From an uncultured Acidobacteriota bacterium (GTDB lineage Bacteria; Acidobacteriota; UBA6911): 64,000 bases of DNA. Each line of letters starts with the position of its first letter. Position 1 is the first letter of the stretch. The DNA lies in assembly GCA_964651155.1 (NCBI GenBank), contig CAZYXB010000004.1:46386-110385 (forward strand). Direction: 5' to 3'. The position numbers and the translations under genes are program-made. Under the pieces are notes generated by a model. The model was not told the DNA's origin, did no database searches, and saw nothing but the letters and a program-made list of their open reading frames with translations. This document shows positions 19,671 through 30,282 of the stretch, piece after piece.

Positions 19671-20854
19671 CCATGCCCGCGGTGTATATTTTCCCGGGCG
19701 GATCCGGAGCCTGGGAGATGGTTCGGGTCTTTGGCCGGCCCCTTCTAGAGTGGCAGCTGTTGTGGCTCGCCCGGCAGGGATGCACCGATGTCGCCCTGTT
19801 GCCGGGGATGGGACTCGAACGCATCCGGGAGTATTTCCGGGACGGCCGCCGGTGGAACGTCTCGATCCGGTATGCGGCCGGCGATGGCCCCGGGTGCGTC
19901 CCAGGAGCCGAAGACGCATGCGTGATCCTAAACGGGGGGATGGTCTTCGACGTGCCGCTTGCGTGGCTGATCGAATACCGCCGCAGGTCGCTGGCCCGGG
20001 ATTCGGTCTGCTGCGCCCTCAAGTATGCGGAAACGGCGCCCCCACACGGCTGTGTCCGCGTTGATGCGTCCTGGGCCGTGTGCGCCCGAGGAGCGCCGGA
20101 GCGGGGGCAGACCGACGGCTACACCGACGGGGGCGTCTATGTCGCGGGATCGGAATTTGTATCCGGCGCCGGCATTGACAGGGGATTGATCGACAGCGCC
20201 GCCCTGCCGGGGCTTCTGGCCGCGCGGAAGCTGTTTGGCATTCCTTTCGGGGGTGGCTGCCTGGATATCGGCCACGCCGGCCGCCGGCTGCCGGCCGATA
20301 CGCCCATTGAGACATGGCTCCTCGGGGATAAAACGCCCACCCTGTTTCTGGACAGGGACGGCATCCTGATAGAGGACACCGGGTACGTCAAAGCTGCGGA
20401 TGGTCTGGTCTATGACGACAGGTTCTTCGAGTTGTCCCGAAAGGCCAGCGACAAAGGCTTCACCGTCGTTGTCGTATCCAACCAGGCCGGCGTCGCCAAA
20501 GGGTATATCGGGGTGGAGGACGTTGAAGCGGTCAACCGCCGGATCCTGGAAAGGTTCGAATCCTTCGGCGTGCGTCCGGCGGGTTTCTACTGGTGCCCGT
20601 ACCACGAAAAGGGGACGCGGCCGGAATGGACCCGGCGCAGCCTGCAACGCAAGCCCGAACCGGGAATGGTGCTGAAGGCCGTCGGGGATCACGGGATCGA
20701 CCCCCTGCGCTCCCTGATGGTGGGCGACAGAGACACCGATCGCATCCGGCTGCCCTACCTGCGCTCCTTCATCGTCCCGGGCAGGCACCGGGCGGAGGCT
20801 GCGGGGGACGTTGTGGACATTTCGGCGATTGAGCAGGCTCTTGAGGCCCTTTGA
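19667..20854 (+). CDS. Fusion protein: N-terminal nucleotidyltransferase-like domain plus C-terminal D,D-heptose 1,7-bisphosphate phosphatase (GmhB, HAD)
   Basis: ATGA overlap with gmhA. N-terminus AVYIFPGGSGAWEMVRVFGRPLLEWQLLWLARQGCTDVALL is NTP-transferase-like, but the GxGTRL motif is degenerate. C-terminus LFLDRDGILIEDTGYV...VVVVSNQAGVAKGY...GDRDTD is GmhB/HAD. Confidence 0.7.
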   Translation: MTMPAVYIFPGGSGAWEMVRVFGRPLLEWQLLWLARQGCTDVALLPGMGLERIREYFRDGRRWNVSIRYAAGDGPGCVPGAEDACVILNGGMVFDVPLAWLIEYRRRSLARDSVCCALKYAETAPPHGCVRVDASWAVCARGAPERGQTDGYTDGGVYVAGSEFVSGAGIDRGLIDSAALPGLLAARKLFGIPFGGGCLDIGHAGRRLPADTPIETWLLGDKTPTLFLDRDGILIEDTGYVKAADGLVYDDRFFELSRKASDKGFTVVVVSNQAGVAKGYIGVEDVEAVNRRILERFESFGVRPAGFYWCPYHEKGTRPEWTRRSLQRKPEPGMVLKAVGDHGIDPLRSLMVGDRDTDRIRLPYLRSFIVPGRHRAEAAGDVVDISAIEQALEAL

Positions 20855-21159
20855 TCCGCATCCTCCGGGCTCTCCACCCCCGGGAAGCGTTCCCTCCGCG
20901 CCGACCGAATCCGCGTCCCCGGTTCATCCTCCCCGGCGGTGGTGCTGCCTCGGGGTTGCCCCCAGGGTACATCCGGGAAGCGGAAGGCGGCCATCAGGCG
21001 TTCCTGGCGCGGGCGAAGCCGGAATGGCCCGGACGCATCCACGGCGGGCAAAGGGCCCGGGTATCGTTGCCGCGGTGCTTGACCCACGCCGCTTTCTTCG
21101 CTAGTCTCTTGGATCACAAAGCTGTAGAATCCGACCGTCCGTTCCAATCTGGGATAGGT

Positions 21160-22971
21160 ATGAACGCCTTCGACCAATTATATTCATTCGTGCGGCCCTA
21201 CCGATGGACGATCGTCCTCTCACTGGTTCTTCTCAGCTTGAGCGCGGTCGCCGACGCCCTGCTCATCGCCCTGGTCATCCCCCTGTTTGACCAGGTTTTG
21301 TCCCCGCAGCCCGACGTGACCGCGGCAGGGATGGGGCAGTTCGCCTTCCTTCAGGCGATTCTCGGCCTCGTTCCGGGAAGCATCGTCTGGAAGATATCGG
21401 TCAACCTGGTCGCATTGACCGTTCTTAAGGGCGTCTGCCTGTTCTGCTCCAACTATCTGATGGGCCGGGTTGGCCAGAGGGTGCTGACCGATCTCCGGAA
21501 TCTCCTTTTCCGTCATGTGATCGGGCAGTCCATGCGGTTTTTTTCCATCAACTCCACAGGGCACCTGATGTCGCGGATGGGGAGCGATGTCGAGCAGATT
21601 CAGGAAGCGGTTTCCACGGTGGTGGCCGAGCTGTTTCGCGAGGTCGTCGTGCTGGCGGCTATGCTGGCCTTGGTGTTCGTCCTGGACTGGAAGCTCGCTC
21701 TTCTGACCCTCGCGGTCGCCCCCCCGGCCTTCGGGCTGACCTACATGCTGGGGCGGCACACCCGCAGGGTCAGCATCCTGAGCCGCCAGGATACCGCGAA
21801 CATCAACGACCAACTGCAGCAATCGCTGACCGGGATGAGGATCATCAAGGCTTTCGGCTCGGAAGAGCACGAAACCCGGCGCTACAGGAAGAAGACGCTG
21901 GAGCTGTTCCGAAGCAACATGAAGGCGATGGCCTTCTTTTTCCTCAGCTCCCCGCTGATGGAGATCATCGGTGCGGTCGCCTTCATCCCGGTGCTGTTGT
22001 ACGCCCACGCCAATATATCCGACAGCGAGCTGACGCTGGGGATGTTCGGCAGCGGGCTTTTTGCCCTTTTCCGGATGTACGACCCGATACGCAAGCTGAG
22101 CCGGATCCACGTGAAGTTTCAACGGTCGCTGGCCTCGACCACAAGGATCTCGGAGCTGCTCAGCACCCATTATGCCATCCAGGACCGGCCCGGGGCGCGG
22201 ACCCTGGAGGGTATCGGGGATTCCATCGAGTTTCGAAACGTTTCCTTCAGCTACACGGAACAGAGCGGCACAACGGAGGTCCTGAAAAACATCAATCTGC
22301 AGGTGCGCCGCAACAGCGTCACGGCCATCGTGGGCAGCAGCGGGGCGGGCAAATCGACTCTGGCGGACCTGATCCCGCGTTTCCGCGACCCGACTTCGGG
22401 TGCCGTGCTCATCGACGGGACCGATATCCGCGAGTTCACCCAGGCGTCCCTCAGGCGTCAGATCGCCATCGTGACGCAGGAGACGTTTTTGTTCAACGAT
22501 ACGGTTCACAACAATATCGCCTATGGCGACAGGAATGCCTCCGAGGAACGGATCCTGGCAGCAGCGAAAGCGGCCTTGGCCCACGATTTCATCATGCGTT
22601 TCCCCAGGCAGTACCACTCCCCGATCGGAGAGCGGGGGCAGAGACTGTCCGGCGGCGAGCGCCAGAGGATATCCATCGCGCGGGCCCTGCTCAAGGACGC
22701 TCCCATATTGATACTGGATGAAGCGACCTCCAGCCTCGATTCCGAGTCGGAAAAACTGGTCCAGCAGGCGCTGTTGAACCTGATCCGCGACCGGACCACC
22801 TTCGTCATCGCCCACCGTCTTTCTACGGTCAGGAACGCAGACACGATCGTTGTACTTGAGAAGGGGGAAATAGTGGAATCCGGAGACCACCAGAGCCTGA
22901 TGGCCCTCGAGGGACGCTACTACCGGTTCTTCCGCCTCCAGAGCATTCCGCCTCTTGACGTAAAGCTTTGA
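21160..22971 (+). CDS. msbA: ABC exporter, fused permease/ATPase, MsbA-like lipid A flippase
   Basis: Six-TM N-terminal domain. Walker A GSSGAGKST, signature LSGGERQRISIARAL, Walker B ILILDEATSSLD. ATG at 21160 (MNAFDQLY). The upstream in-frame extension is rejected. Confidence 0.8.
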   Translation: MNAFDQLYSFVRPYRWTIVLSLVLLSLSAVADALLIALVIPLFDQVLSPQPDVTAAGMGQFAFLQAILGLVPGSIVWKISVNLVALTVLKGVCLFCSNYLMGRVGQRVLTDLRNLLFRHVIGQSMRFFSINSTGHLMSRMGSDVEQIQEAVSTVVAELFREVVVLAAMLALVFVLDWKLALLTLAVAPPAFGLTYMLGRHTRRVSILSRQDTANINDQLQQSLTGMRIIKAFGSEEHETRRYRKKTLELFRSNMKAMAFFFLSSPLMEIIGAVAFIPVLLYAHANISDSELTLGMFGSGLFALFRMYDPIRKLSRIHVKFQRSLASTTRISELLSTHYAIQDRPGARTLEGIGDSIEFRNVSFSYTEQSGTTEVLKNINLQVRRNSVTAIVGSSGAGKSTLADLIPRFRDPTSGAVLIDGTDIREFTQASLRRQIAIVTQETFLFNDTVHNNIAYGDRNASEERILAAAKAALAHDFIMRFPRQYHSPIGERGQRLSGGERQRISIARALLKDAPILILDEATSSLDSESEKLVQQALLNLIRDRTTFVIAHRLSTVRNADTIVVLEKGEIVESGDHQSLMALEGRYYRFFRLQSIPPLDVKL

Positions 22972-23073
22972 AGGCGTTATAGTAATAGAATTTTACCGCG
23001 CATCGGTTCCAATACGCGTATACGGAGCGTACCTTTGGAGCGGGCCGCGCGGGCGAACAGCCGGGTGCATGGC

Positions 23074-23958
23074 ATGATTGTGAGCATGACTGGGTATGGA
23101 ATGGGTTCCGCCTCGAGGGGGGACCTGGCGGTTTCGGTGGAAATCAGGACCGTGAACCACCGGTTTCTGGACATGCACATCCGGGTGTCGCGCGAATTCC
23201 TCTTTCTGGAGAATGTGGTGCAGAAAGAGGTGCGCAGCGTTCTCGAACGCGGCCGTGTCGAGGTGAACCTGTCGATCCAGAACACGGGTCCGACCGTTTT
23301 CACGGTGAACGACACACTGGCACGGGGGTACCTCGAAGCGGCCGGGAAGCTGAGGGACGACTACGGTATCGGGGGCGCGCTGGATATCCCGGCCATGCTC
23401 GGCCTGCCGGGCATGGTTCAAAACACGGATCCGCTTGCCGGCGACGCGAATGGAGTCCTGTCGGAACTGACGCACGCGTCGATGCAGACGGCTCTCGAGA
23501 GCGTGCTGCGCATGCGCCGGCAGGAGGGGGAATCGCTCCGGGTGGACATGCTCGGCAACCTGGCCAGCATCCAGAGTGGGGCGGAGCAGATCGAATCCCT
23601 CAGCGCCACGGCTTCCTTCGACGCCCTCGAGAAGCTACAGCAGAGGATAGCCCAGCTCCTGCCCCGGGGAGGGGGCGGCATCGATCCGCAGCGTCTGGCG
23701 CAGGAGGCGGCGCTGCTGGCCGAAAAGTCGGACATTTCGGAAGAAATCACCCGCTTGAAGAGCCACATCGAGCAGTACCGCGCGTTGATGGACGCCGGGG
23801 AGAAGACGGGGAAAAAGCTCGATTTCCTGCTCCAGGAACTCCAGCGCGAAACCAACACGATTCTGTCGAAATCGAGCAGCCTGGAGGTCGCGAACCTTGC
23901 GATCGCGATCAAGACGGATATAGAGAAACTGCGCGAACAGGTTCAGAACGTTGAGTGA
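23074..23958 (+). CDS. yicC: YicC-family stress-induced protein
   Basis: MIVSMTGYGMGS...VEIRTVNHRFLD is the characteristic YicC N-terminus. Conserved position upstream of gmk. Confidence 0.8.
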   Translation: MIVSMTGYGMGSASRGDLAVSVEIRTVNHRFLDMHIRVSREFLFLENVVQKEVRSVLERGRVEVNLSIQNTGPTVFTVNDTLARGYLEAAGKLRDDYGIGGALDIPAMLGLPGMVQNTDPLAGDANGVLSELTHASMQTALESVLRMRRQEGESLRVDMLGNLASIQSGAEQIESLSATASFDALEKLQQRIAQLLPRGGGGIDPQRLAQEAALLAEKSDISEEITRLKSHIEQYRALMDAGEKTGKKLDFLLQELQRETNTILSKSSSLEVANLAIAIKTDIEKLREQVQNVE

Positions 23959-24595
23959 CAAGGGCAGAAAAGGCAATCTGATCATCGTGTCCGGCCCTTC
24001 GGGCGCCGGGAAATCCGCGCTGGTCTCGGGCGTCCTCAGGTCGCTGCAGAGCATACGGTTCTCCGTGTCCTATACCACACGGGAGCCCAGGGGGACCGAA
24101 AAGGACGGCGTGGAGTACCGCTTCGTGGACCGGGACACCTTTCGCGCCCTGGCGGGCGAGGGTGCCTTCCTGGAGTGGGCCGAAGTCCACAACAATTATT
24201 ACGGGACTCGCCGGGAGTTTGTCGACGAGCTGCTCCGAAACGGCGACGACGTCATTCTGGACATCGATGTCCAGGGGGCGCAGACCATCCGCGGGAAGCG
24301 TCCCGACACCGTGTCGGTATTCGTGATGCCACCGTCCTACGAGGTGCTGCGCGAAAGGCTTCATCGCCGGAGTCTCGATGCGGGGGGCGTGATCCAGAAA
24401 CGCCTGGAGACGGCATGCCGGGAAATCCGCAGCTATAGAGACTATGATTATCTGATCGTCAACGAAGTTCTCGAAGCCTCGATCCGGGAGCTGGAGGCCA
24501 TCATACTGGGCAATCGATGCCGGATCGCCTCCAGGATCGAGGCCGCACAATCGGTATTGGATACTTTTGGAGGAATGGATGATTCAAATCCCTGA
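23951..24595 (+). CDS. gmk: Guanylate kinase
   Basis: P-loop GPSGAGKS...YTTREPRG...EVDGVDYHFV-like motifs. Start is probably TTG at 23951, overlapping the yicC stop, but is uncertain. Confidence 0.85.
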   Translation: MSDKGRKGNLIIVSGPSGAGKSALVSGVLRSLQSIRFSVSYTTREPRGTEKDGVEYRFVDRDTFRALAGEGAFLEWAEVHNNYYGTRREFVDELLRNGDDVILDIDVQGAQTIRGKRPDTVSVFVMPPSYEVLRERLHRRSLDAGGVIQKRLETACREIRSYRDYDYLIVNEVLEASIRELEAIILGNRCRIASRIEAAQSVLDTFGGMDDSNP

Positions 24596-24782
24596 GAGCA
24601 TAGGGTCGAAATATCGCTTTATAATTCTTGCGGCCGCAAGGGCCAAGCAGCTGCAGAACAATGCCAAACCCAAAATCAAAACGAAGTCGACCAAGCCGGC
24701 CTACATCGCCATGAAGGAACTGGAGGCGAACCTGATCAGTTTCGTGATAGAGGCCCCGGTACAGCCATCGACCCATACATAG
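24579..24782 (+). CDS. rpoZ: DNA-directed RNA polymerase omega subunit
   Basis: MIQIPESIGSKYRFIILAAARAKQL. SD ggagga 6 nt upstream of the ATG at 24579. Gene order gmk-rpoZ. Confidence 0.8.
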   Translation: MIQIPESIGSKYRFIILAAARAKQLQNNAKPKIKTKSTKPAYIAMKELEANLISFVIEAPVQPSTHT

Positions 24783-24790
24783 GACGGATC

Positions 24791-25966
24791 GTGAACATAG
24801 CGCTGGGCGTTACAGGATGCATCGCCGCATACAAGGCCGTCGAAATCATGCGGGGCCTGCAGAAGGCCGGCGTGTCCGTGCAGGTCATCCTGACCCGGGC
24901 GGCGGCCGAATTCGTGACCCCGCTGACGTTCGAGTCCCTCTCCTCCCGGAACGTGATCACCGAAATGTTCCCGCAGGGCCAGAATCGGGACATCCAGCAT
25001 ATCAGCATCGCGCAGTCGATCCGGATGCTGGTCGTCGCGCCGGCTACGGCCAATATCCTGGGGAAATTCGCCCACGGAATTGCCGACGACTTCCTTTCCA
25101 CGCTCTACCTTTCCTGCCCGGCGCCGGTGGTGATCGCGCCGGCGATGAACGTCCAGATGTGGTGCCACCCGGCGGTCCGCGCCAACGTCGCGACGCTCCG
25201 GTCCAGGGGGAACCGTTTCATCGACCCGGAACCGGGCCGTCTGGCCTGCGGTATGGAAGGGGAGGGCCGTCTGGCCCCGGTCGAAGTTATCGTCGCGCGG
25301 GTGCTCGAGGCGCTTGGGGCGGACCGTTCCATGGAGGGACTCAAGGTCCTGGTTACGGCCGGGCCCACCGTCGAGGATCTCGACCCCGTCCGCTTTTTGT
25401 CCAACCGCAGCTCGGGGAAGATGGGCTATGCGGTTGCCCTAACGGCGCTCGAGCGCGGTGCGGAAGTGCACCTGGTTACCGGGCCGACGGATCTCGAGGT
25501 GCCCCCGGGCGCGCATGTGGTCCGGGTGCGATCGGCGGCCGAGATGAAGGACGCGGTCCTCGAAATCTTCCCGGACATGGACATCGTCGTGAAGGCGGCC
25601 GCGGTCGCCGACTACCGCCCTGCGGAAACGGCCATGCAGAAGATCAAGAAAAAGAAGGAAGACGCCGTTCTGAACCTGGTCCCCACCGACGATATCCTGG
25701 CCCTGCTGGGGGAGCGGAAACAGCGGCAGATTCTGGTCGGATTCGCCGCGGAAACGGAGAACCTGCTCGATGCGGCCAGGGGCAAGCTCGAAAGGAAAAA
25801 CCTGGATTTCCTGGTTGCCAACGATATCTCCTCCGGCGTTTTCGGTTCCGACACCTCCAGCGTGCACATCCTATGCCGGCACGGGGAGCCGGTCGTCCTC
25901 GAGCGGCAAACCAAGCGCGCGATTGCGGGACGGATACTCGATCTCGCCGTCGGCAGCCGGCTGTAA
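24791..25966 (+). CDS. coaBC: Bifunctional phosphopantothenoylcysteine decarboxylase / phosphopantothenate-cysteine ligase
   Basis: GTG start. N-terminal flavoprotein domain (GVTGCIAAYKA, PAMN), C-terminal CoaB domain (VTAGPTVEDLDPVRFLSNRSSGKMG). Confidence 0.9.
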   Translation: MNIALGVTGCIAAYKAVEIMRGLQKAGVSVQVILTRAAAEFVTPLTFESLSSRNVITEMFPQGQNRDIQHISIAQSIRMLVVAPATANILGKFAHGIADDFLSTLYLSCPAPVVIAPAMNVQMWCHPAVRANVATLRSRGNRFIDPEPGRLACGMEGEGRLAPVEVIVARVLEALGADRSMEGLKVLVTAGPTVEDLDPVRFLSNRSSGKMGYAVALTALERGAEVHLVTGPTDLEVPPGAHVVRVRSAAEMKDAVLEIFPDMDIVVKAAAVADYRPAETAMQKIKKKKEDAVLNLVPTDDILALLGERKQRQILVGFAAETENLLDAARGKLERKNLDFLVANDISSGVFGSDTSSVHILCRHGEPVVLERQTKRAIAGRILDLAVGSRL

Positions 25967-26145
25967 AAGAGGGCGCCGCCCACCGATGGCGCGCCGATAC
26001 AGGCCGTGCCCCGGCGACTGCCCGGGATCACAACCCCACCTGCGGATGGAGACGGGCGGCAATCGGAAGATCCAAGAAACAACGGCCGGACAACGCGGAG
26101 CCCGATACGGCCGCTCCGGGCATCGGGCAGGGGTAGTATCTATTT

Positions 26146-27036
26146 ATGAAATCAGGCACTGCAGTCATTGTCGGCCGGCCCAACTCCGGGAAATCCACGC
26201 TTCTGAACGCGCTCGTGGGACAGAAAATCTCCATCGTCTCATCGAAGCCCCAAACCACCCGCCACAGGATTCTCGGGATCACGACCGAAGAGCGCGGGCA
26301 GATCGTCTTCGTCGACACGCCGGGGATTCACAAGCCCGCCTACCGCATGAACCAGCGCATGCTGCATACGGTCTATGAGGAGCTCAAGGGGGTGGACCTC
26401 GTGCTCATGATGGTGGATGCGTCCATCGCGTTCGGCAGCGGGGAAAATTTTGTGCTGGAAACGGTAAGGAATGCGCGGCCCAGGGCGATACTGCTGCTCA
26501 ATAAAATCGACAGGATCGCCAAGACCAGACTGCTTCCGATAATGCAGCATTACGGCGAAGCCTACGGCTTTCTCGAGATCCTCCCCATTTCCGCGCGCAG
26601 CGGGGAGAATCTGGGGCCGCTTCTGGACATGCTTTTTCGCTACCTTCCCGAAGGAGAGCCGCTGTACGATCCCGACATGTTCACGGACCGGTCGGAACGG
26701 TTTCTGGCCGCGGAGTTCATCCGGGAAAAGCTTCTGGAACGCGTCCGGGAGGAGCTGCCCTACGTCTCGGCCGTGCTGATTCGCAAATTCGACGAAAGCG
26801 GCCGGGAAGAGAAGAACCTTGTTTCGATCGAGGCGGAAATCCTGGTCGAGAAGCGGTCGCAGCAGGGGATCGTTCTGGGTGCCGGTGCCGCCCAGCTCCG
26901 CGATCTCGGAATCGCGGCGCGCAGGGACCTCGAGCAGCTCCTCGACTGCAGGGTCTACCTGGGATTGCGGGTCCGGACCGCGCCCAACTGGCGCAACGAC
27001 GACGCCGTGCTCGACGAAATGGAGCTTGGAAAATGA
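26146..27036 (+). CDS. era: GTPase Era
   Basis: G1 GRPNSGKSTL, G3 DTPG, NKID, C-terminal KH domain. Confidence 0.9.
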   Translation: MKSGTAVIVGRPNSGKSTLLNALVGQKISIVSSKPQTTRHRILGITTEERGQIVFVDTPGIHKPAYRMNQRMLHTVYEELKGVDLVLMMVDASIAFGSGENFVLETVRNARPRAILLLNKIDRIAKTRLLPIMQHYGEAYGFLEILPISARSGENLGPLLDMLFRYLPEGEPLYDPDMFTDRSERFLAAEFIREKLLERVREELPYVSAVLIRKFDESGREEKNLVSIEAEILVEKRSQQGIVLGAGAAQLRDLGIAARRDLEQLLDCRVYLGLRVRTAPNWRNDDAVLDEMELGK

Positions 27037-27827
27037 GCGGGAACAAACGCCTTGCGGGGGAGATTCGGGATCACCTGAAGCTCTACGACGCGCTGGGGGT
27101 CCGGTGGGTGCGCGCCGAAGCGAAGCCGCGGCGTCCGCCTTCGGGCGAAAAAGCAGGCGCCGGTCCCGGGGCTTCCCGATTCCCGGACGCGGGAGCGAAC
27201 GCCCCGGGGAGGAGCGGAAAGATGGCGCCCCCGGGTGCGGCGACGCCCCCCCCGCCGGTTTCGAAGGACCTGGAGGCCATCCGCGCGGATCTTGCCGGCT
27301 GCACCCGCTGCAAACTCTCGGCGACACGCAAGAACATCGTTTTCGGGGCCGGCAACCCCCACGCCGAGCTCATGTTCGTCGGCGAGGCGCCGGGCGCGGA
27401 TGAGGACGAACAGGGCCTCCCCTTCGTGGGCCGGGCGGGCCAGCTGCTGACCCGAATTATCGAAGCGATCGACCTTCGCAGGGAGGATGTATTCATCGGC
27501 AACATCCTGAAGTGCCGGCCGCCCGGAAACCGGAAACCCGAGGCGGACGAGGTGGCCGCGTGCGAACAGTTCCTGTACCGCCAGATAGCGGCCGTCAAGC
27601 CCCGGGTGATCTGCGCCCTGGGAGCTTCCAGCGCGCAGGCGCTGCTCGGGACCGACGAGCCGATTTCCCGGATTCGCGGCCGCCTGGTCGATTATCGGGG
27701 CGCTAAACTCATGGCCACCTTCCACCCCGCGTACCTGCTGAGAAACCCCAACGAGAAGCGCAAGGTGTGGGAGGACGTGCAGGCGATCCGGGACTACCTC
27801 GCTTCGCTCAAGAAGAACCATGCCTGA
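27033..27827 (+). CDS. Uracil-DNA glycosylase, family 4
   Basis: [23 protein letters not shown] is the family-4 motif A. CTRC cluster for a 4Fe-4S centre. ATGA overlap with era. Confidence 0.85.
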   Translation: MSGNKRLAGEIRDHLKLYDALGVRWVRAEAKPRRPPSGEKAGAGPGASRFPDAGANAPGRSGKMAPPGAATPPPPVSKDLEAIRADLAGCTRCKLSATRKNIVFGAGNPHAELMFVGEAPGADEDEQGLPFVGRAGQLLTRIIEAIDLRREDVFIGNILKCRPPGNRKPEADEVAACEQFLYRQIAAVKPRVICALGASSAQALLGTDEPISRIRGRLVDYRGAKLMATFHPAYLLRNPNEKRKVWEDVQAIRDYLASLKKNHA

Positions 27828-30282
27828 TACCGTCGAAATAGCCGTCCCCGTGGGCGTCCGGAAAACGTTCGCCTACTCCGTCCCCCGGGCGCTCGAGGAG
27901 ACCATCCGCATCGGGATGCGCGTTCTCGTGCCGTTCGGGAAGAAACTCCTCACTGGATACGTCGTCGGTTTCCCGGACAGGAAACAGACCGGCGGGATAC
28001 GGCTCCGCCCCGTAAAGGAGATGCTCGAGGGCGATCCCGCCGTCGAGCGGTCCCTGGTGGAGACGGCGATGTGGGTGGCCCGCTATTATTTCGCCCCCCC
28101 CGGCGAGGTGTTCCGGGCCCTTTTCCCGGCGGGGACCCAGGTGTCGGGTTCCAGGCGGGTTTCCCTGACCCCGAAGGCCGCGAACCTTCTCGGCGGTGGT
28201 CTGCGCCCCATGGGGCTCAGTGACCGGGAAAACGCCATCCTGGATGTTCTGGCGCGGGAACCGTCCCTGACGGTCGGGGAACTTGCCGCAGGGGCGCCAG
28301 GGCGCGGAACGGAATCCTGGATCGAGTCCCTGATCGCAGCCGGATGGATTCAGGCGGAAATGCAGGTGGAGCGCCCGCGCGTGCAGTCGAAGGAGAGGCT
28401 TGGAATCCGGCTGCTGCCCGGGGCCGAAAAGCGGGCCCAGCCGCTCACGCCCGCCCAGAAGCGGATGGTCACCGCCCTGGAGCCCTTCAAGGAGCCCGTG
28501 CTGCTGCGGGATTTTCTTGCATCCTGCCGCCTAACCCCCAGCGTGGCCAGGTCCCTGGAGAAAAAAGGGCTGGTCGAAATCGTCCCTGCAACCATCGAGC
28601 GCGTTCCCCTGGAATTGGCCGAGACGGACGCAGGCGCCCCCATCGCCCTTTCGGCCGCGCAGGAAGACCTCGTGAACCGGATCACGGGCCTGATCCGTTC
28701 GAGGAAGGCGTCGCGCTGCTTGATTCACGGGGTGACGGGAAGCGGGAAGACGGAGATCTACCTTCGCCTGATCGAAGAAGTTCTCGCCGGGGGAGCCACC
28801 GCGCTGTTTCTGGTCCCTGAAATCGGGCTGACCCCGCTTCTGAGCCGCCTTGTCGTCTCGCGGTTCCCCGGGCGGGTTTCGCTACTGCACAGCGGCCTTT
28901 CGGCCGGCGAGCGGTTCGACCAGTGGAACAGGATCCGGGATGGCGGAGCCGGGGTCGTTGTCGGTACGCGCTCCGCGGTTTTCGCACCGGCAAGGGACCT
29001 GCGCCTTATCGTCATAGACGAGGAACAGGATACGTCCTACAAGCAGGATGAGTCTCCGTGCTACCACGCCCGCGAAGTCGCCTGGCACCGCATACGGCAG
29101 TCCGGAGGCGTCCTGGTAATGGGCTCGGCGACGCCCGCGGTCGAGACCTACCACGATGCGGCGGAGTCCGATGCCGCCGTGTGCTTCAGCCTTCCCGAAA
29201 GGGTCCAGGCACGGCCGATGCCGAAGATCGCCGTCGTGGACATGGGGCAGGAGTTCCACAAGAGGGGGGCCTACTCCATCATCTCCGAAACGCTGCGGAA
29301 AGAACTTGCCGGCTGCATGGAACGGGGGGAGCAGGGGATCGTTCTTTTGAACCGGCGGGGATTCGCCCGCACGCTTTTGTGCCGCAGCTGCGGGCACGTT
29401 TTCGCCTGCAGCGCCTGCAGCGTCAGCATGACCTATCACCGGCAGGCCAATCGCATCGTCTGCCACTACTGCGGGGAGGAGCGGGAGGCGCCGGCCGCCT
29501 GCGAGAACTGCGGCGGCTCCTTTATCCACTATGCCGGGGTGGGCACCGAACAGCTGGAAAGCATCCTGCAGACCCTGCTGCCGGGAGCGCGCATCGCGCG
29601 CCTGGACCGGGATACGGCGCGAAGGCGCGGCGCGGTCCGGACGACGCTCTACGATTTTGCCGCGCGCAAGCTCGACATCCTGGTCGGAACGCAGATGCTG
29701 GCCAAGGGGCACGATTTTCCGGATGTGACGCTGGTGGGGGTTGTCTCGGCCGATGCGGGGCTTGCGTTCCCCGATTTCCGTTCGGCCGAAAGGACCTTCC
29801 AGCTGTTGACCCAGGTGGCCGGAAGATCCGGCAGGGGGACCGTGCCCGGACGTGTCGTCGTGCAGTCCTATTACCCCGATCATTACGCGTTGCAGTATGC
29901 GCGGCGGCAGGATTACGTGGGATTCTACCGGAAGGAAATCGAGTTCAGGCGGCTTATGGGGTACCCGCCGTTCCGGAACCTGGTGCAGATTCTGATCGAG
30001 GATCCGGATCCCGGCAAAGCCGCCCGCACGGCCGAACGGATTGCAGATGTGTTCAAAAAGCGGGTGCGCGCCGGGTCGACCGGGGCCAGGACGGTGATCC
30101 TGGGCCCGGCGAGCGCGCCCATTGAAAAACTGCGCGGCAACTACCGTATGCAGATTCTGATCAAATCTCCTCCCGGTTTTGATGCCGCCCCGCTGCTTGA
30201 GGACTGTTTTTCGCAGATCAATGAACATAAAATTTCGACATCGAAGATCCGCGTGGATGTCGACCCGTTGTCGCTTCTATAG
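27820..30282 (+). CDS. priA: Primosomal protein N' (replication restart helicase)
   Basis: Walker A GVTGSGKTE, DEEQD box. Cys-rich zinc-binding region CRSCGHVFACSACSVSMTYH...CHYCG...CENCG. Confidence 0.9.
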   Translation: MPDTVEIAVPVGVRKTFAYSVPRALEETIRIGMRVLVPFGKKLLTGYVVGFPDRKQTGGIRLRPVKEMLEGDPAVERSLVETAMWVARYYFAPPGEVFRALFPAGTQVSGSRRVSLTPKAANLLGGGLRPMGLSDRENAILDVLAREPSLTVGELAAGAPGRGTESWIESLIAAGWIQAEMQVERPRVQSKERLGIRLLPGAEKRAQPLTPAQKRMVTALEPFKEPVLLRDFLASCRLTPSVARSLEKKGLVEIVPATIERVPLELAETDAGAPIALSAAQEDLVNRITGLIRSRKASRCLIHGVTGSGKTEIYLRLIEEVLAGGATALFLVPEIGLTPLLSRLVVSRFPGRVSLLHSGLSAGERFDQWNRIRDGGAGVVVGTRSAVFAPARDLRLIVIDEEQDTSYKQDESPCYHAREVAWHRIRQSGGVLVMGSATPAVETYHDAAESDAAVCFSLPERVQARPMPKIAVVDMGQEFHKRGAYSIISETLRKELAGCMERGEQGIVLLNRRGFARTLLCRSCGHVFACSACSVSMTYHRQANRIVCHYCGEEREAPAACENCGGSFIHYAGVGTEQLESILQTLLPGARIARLDRDTARRRGAVRTTLYDFAARKLDILVGTQMLAKGHDFPDVTLVGVVSADAGLAFPDFRSAERTFQLLTQVAGRSGRGTVPGRVVVQSYYPDHYALQYARRQDYVGFYRKEIEFRRLMGYPPFRNLVQILIEDPDPGKAARTAERIADVFKKRVRAGSTGARTVILGPASAPIEKLRGNYRMQILIKSPPGFDAAPLLEDCFSQINEHKISTSKIRVDVDPLSLL

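Noticed and set aside
21220-22890. 556-aa minus-strand ORF opposite msbA
   Set aside because: Antisense to an ABC transporter with intact Walker and signature motifs.
24817-26136. 439-aa alternate-frame plus ORF over coaBC
   Set aside because: Out-of-frame Arg/Gly-rich translation. coaBC in frame 24791 has clear flavoprotein/CoaB motifs.
26239-27327. 362-aa minus-strand ORF spanning era/udg
   Set aside because: Antisense to two well-supported genes. No motifs.
28882-30228. 448-aa minus-strand ORF, and the 355-aa alternate-frame plus ORF 29058..30125 inside priA
   Set aside because: Both overlap priA, which has helicase and zinc-finger motifs. Arg/Gly-rich artefactual translations.
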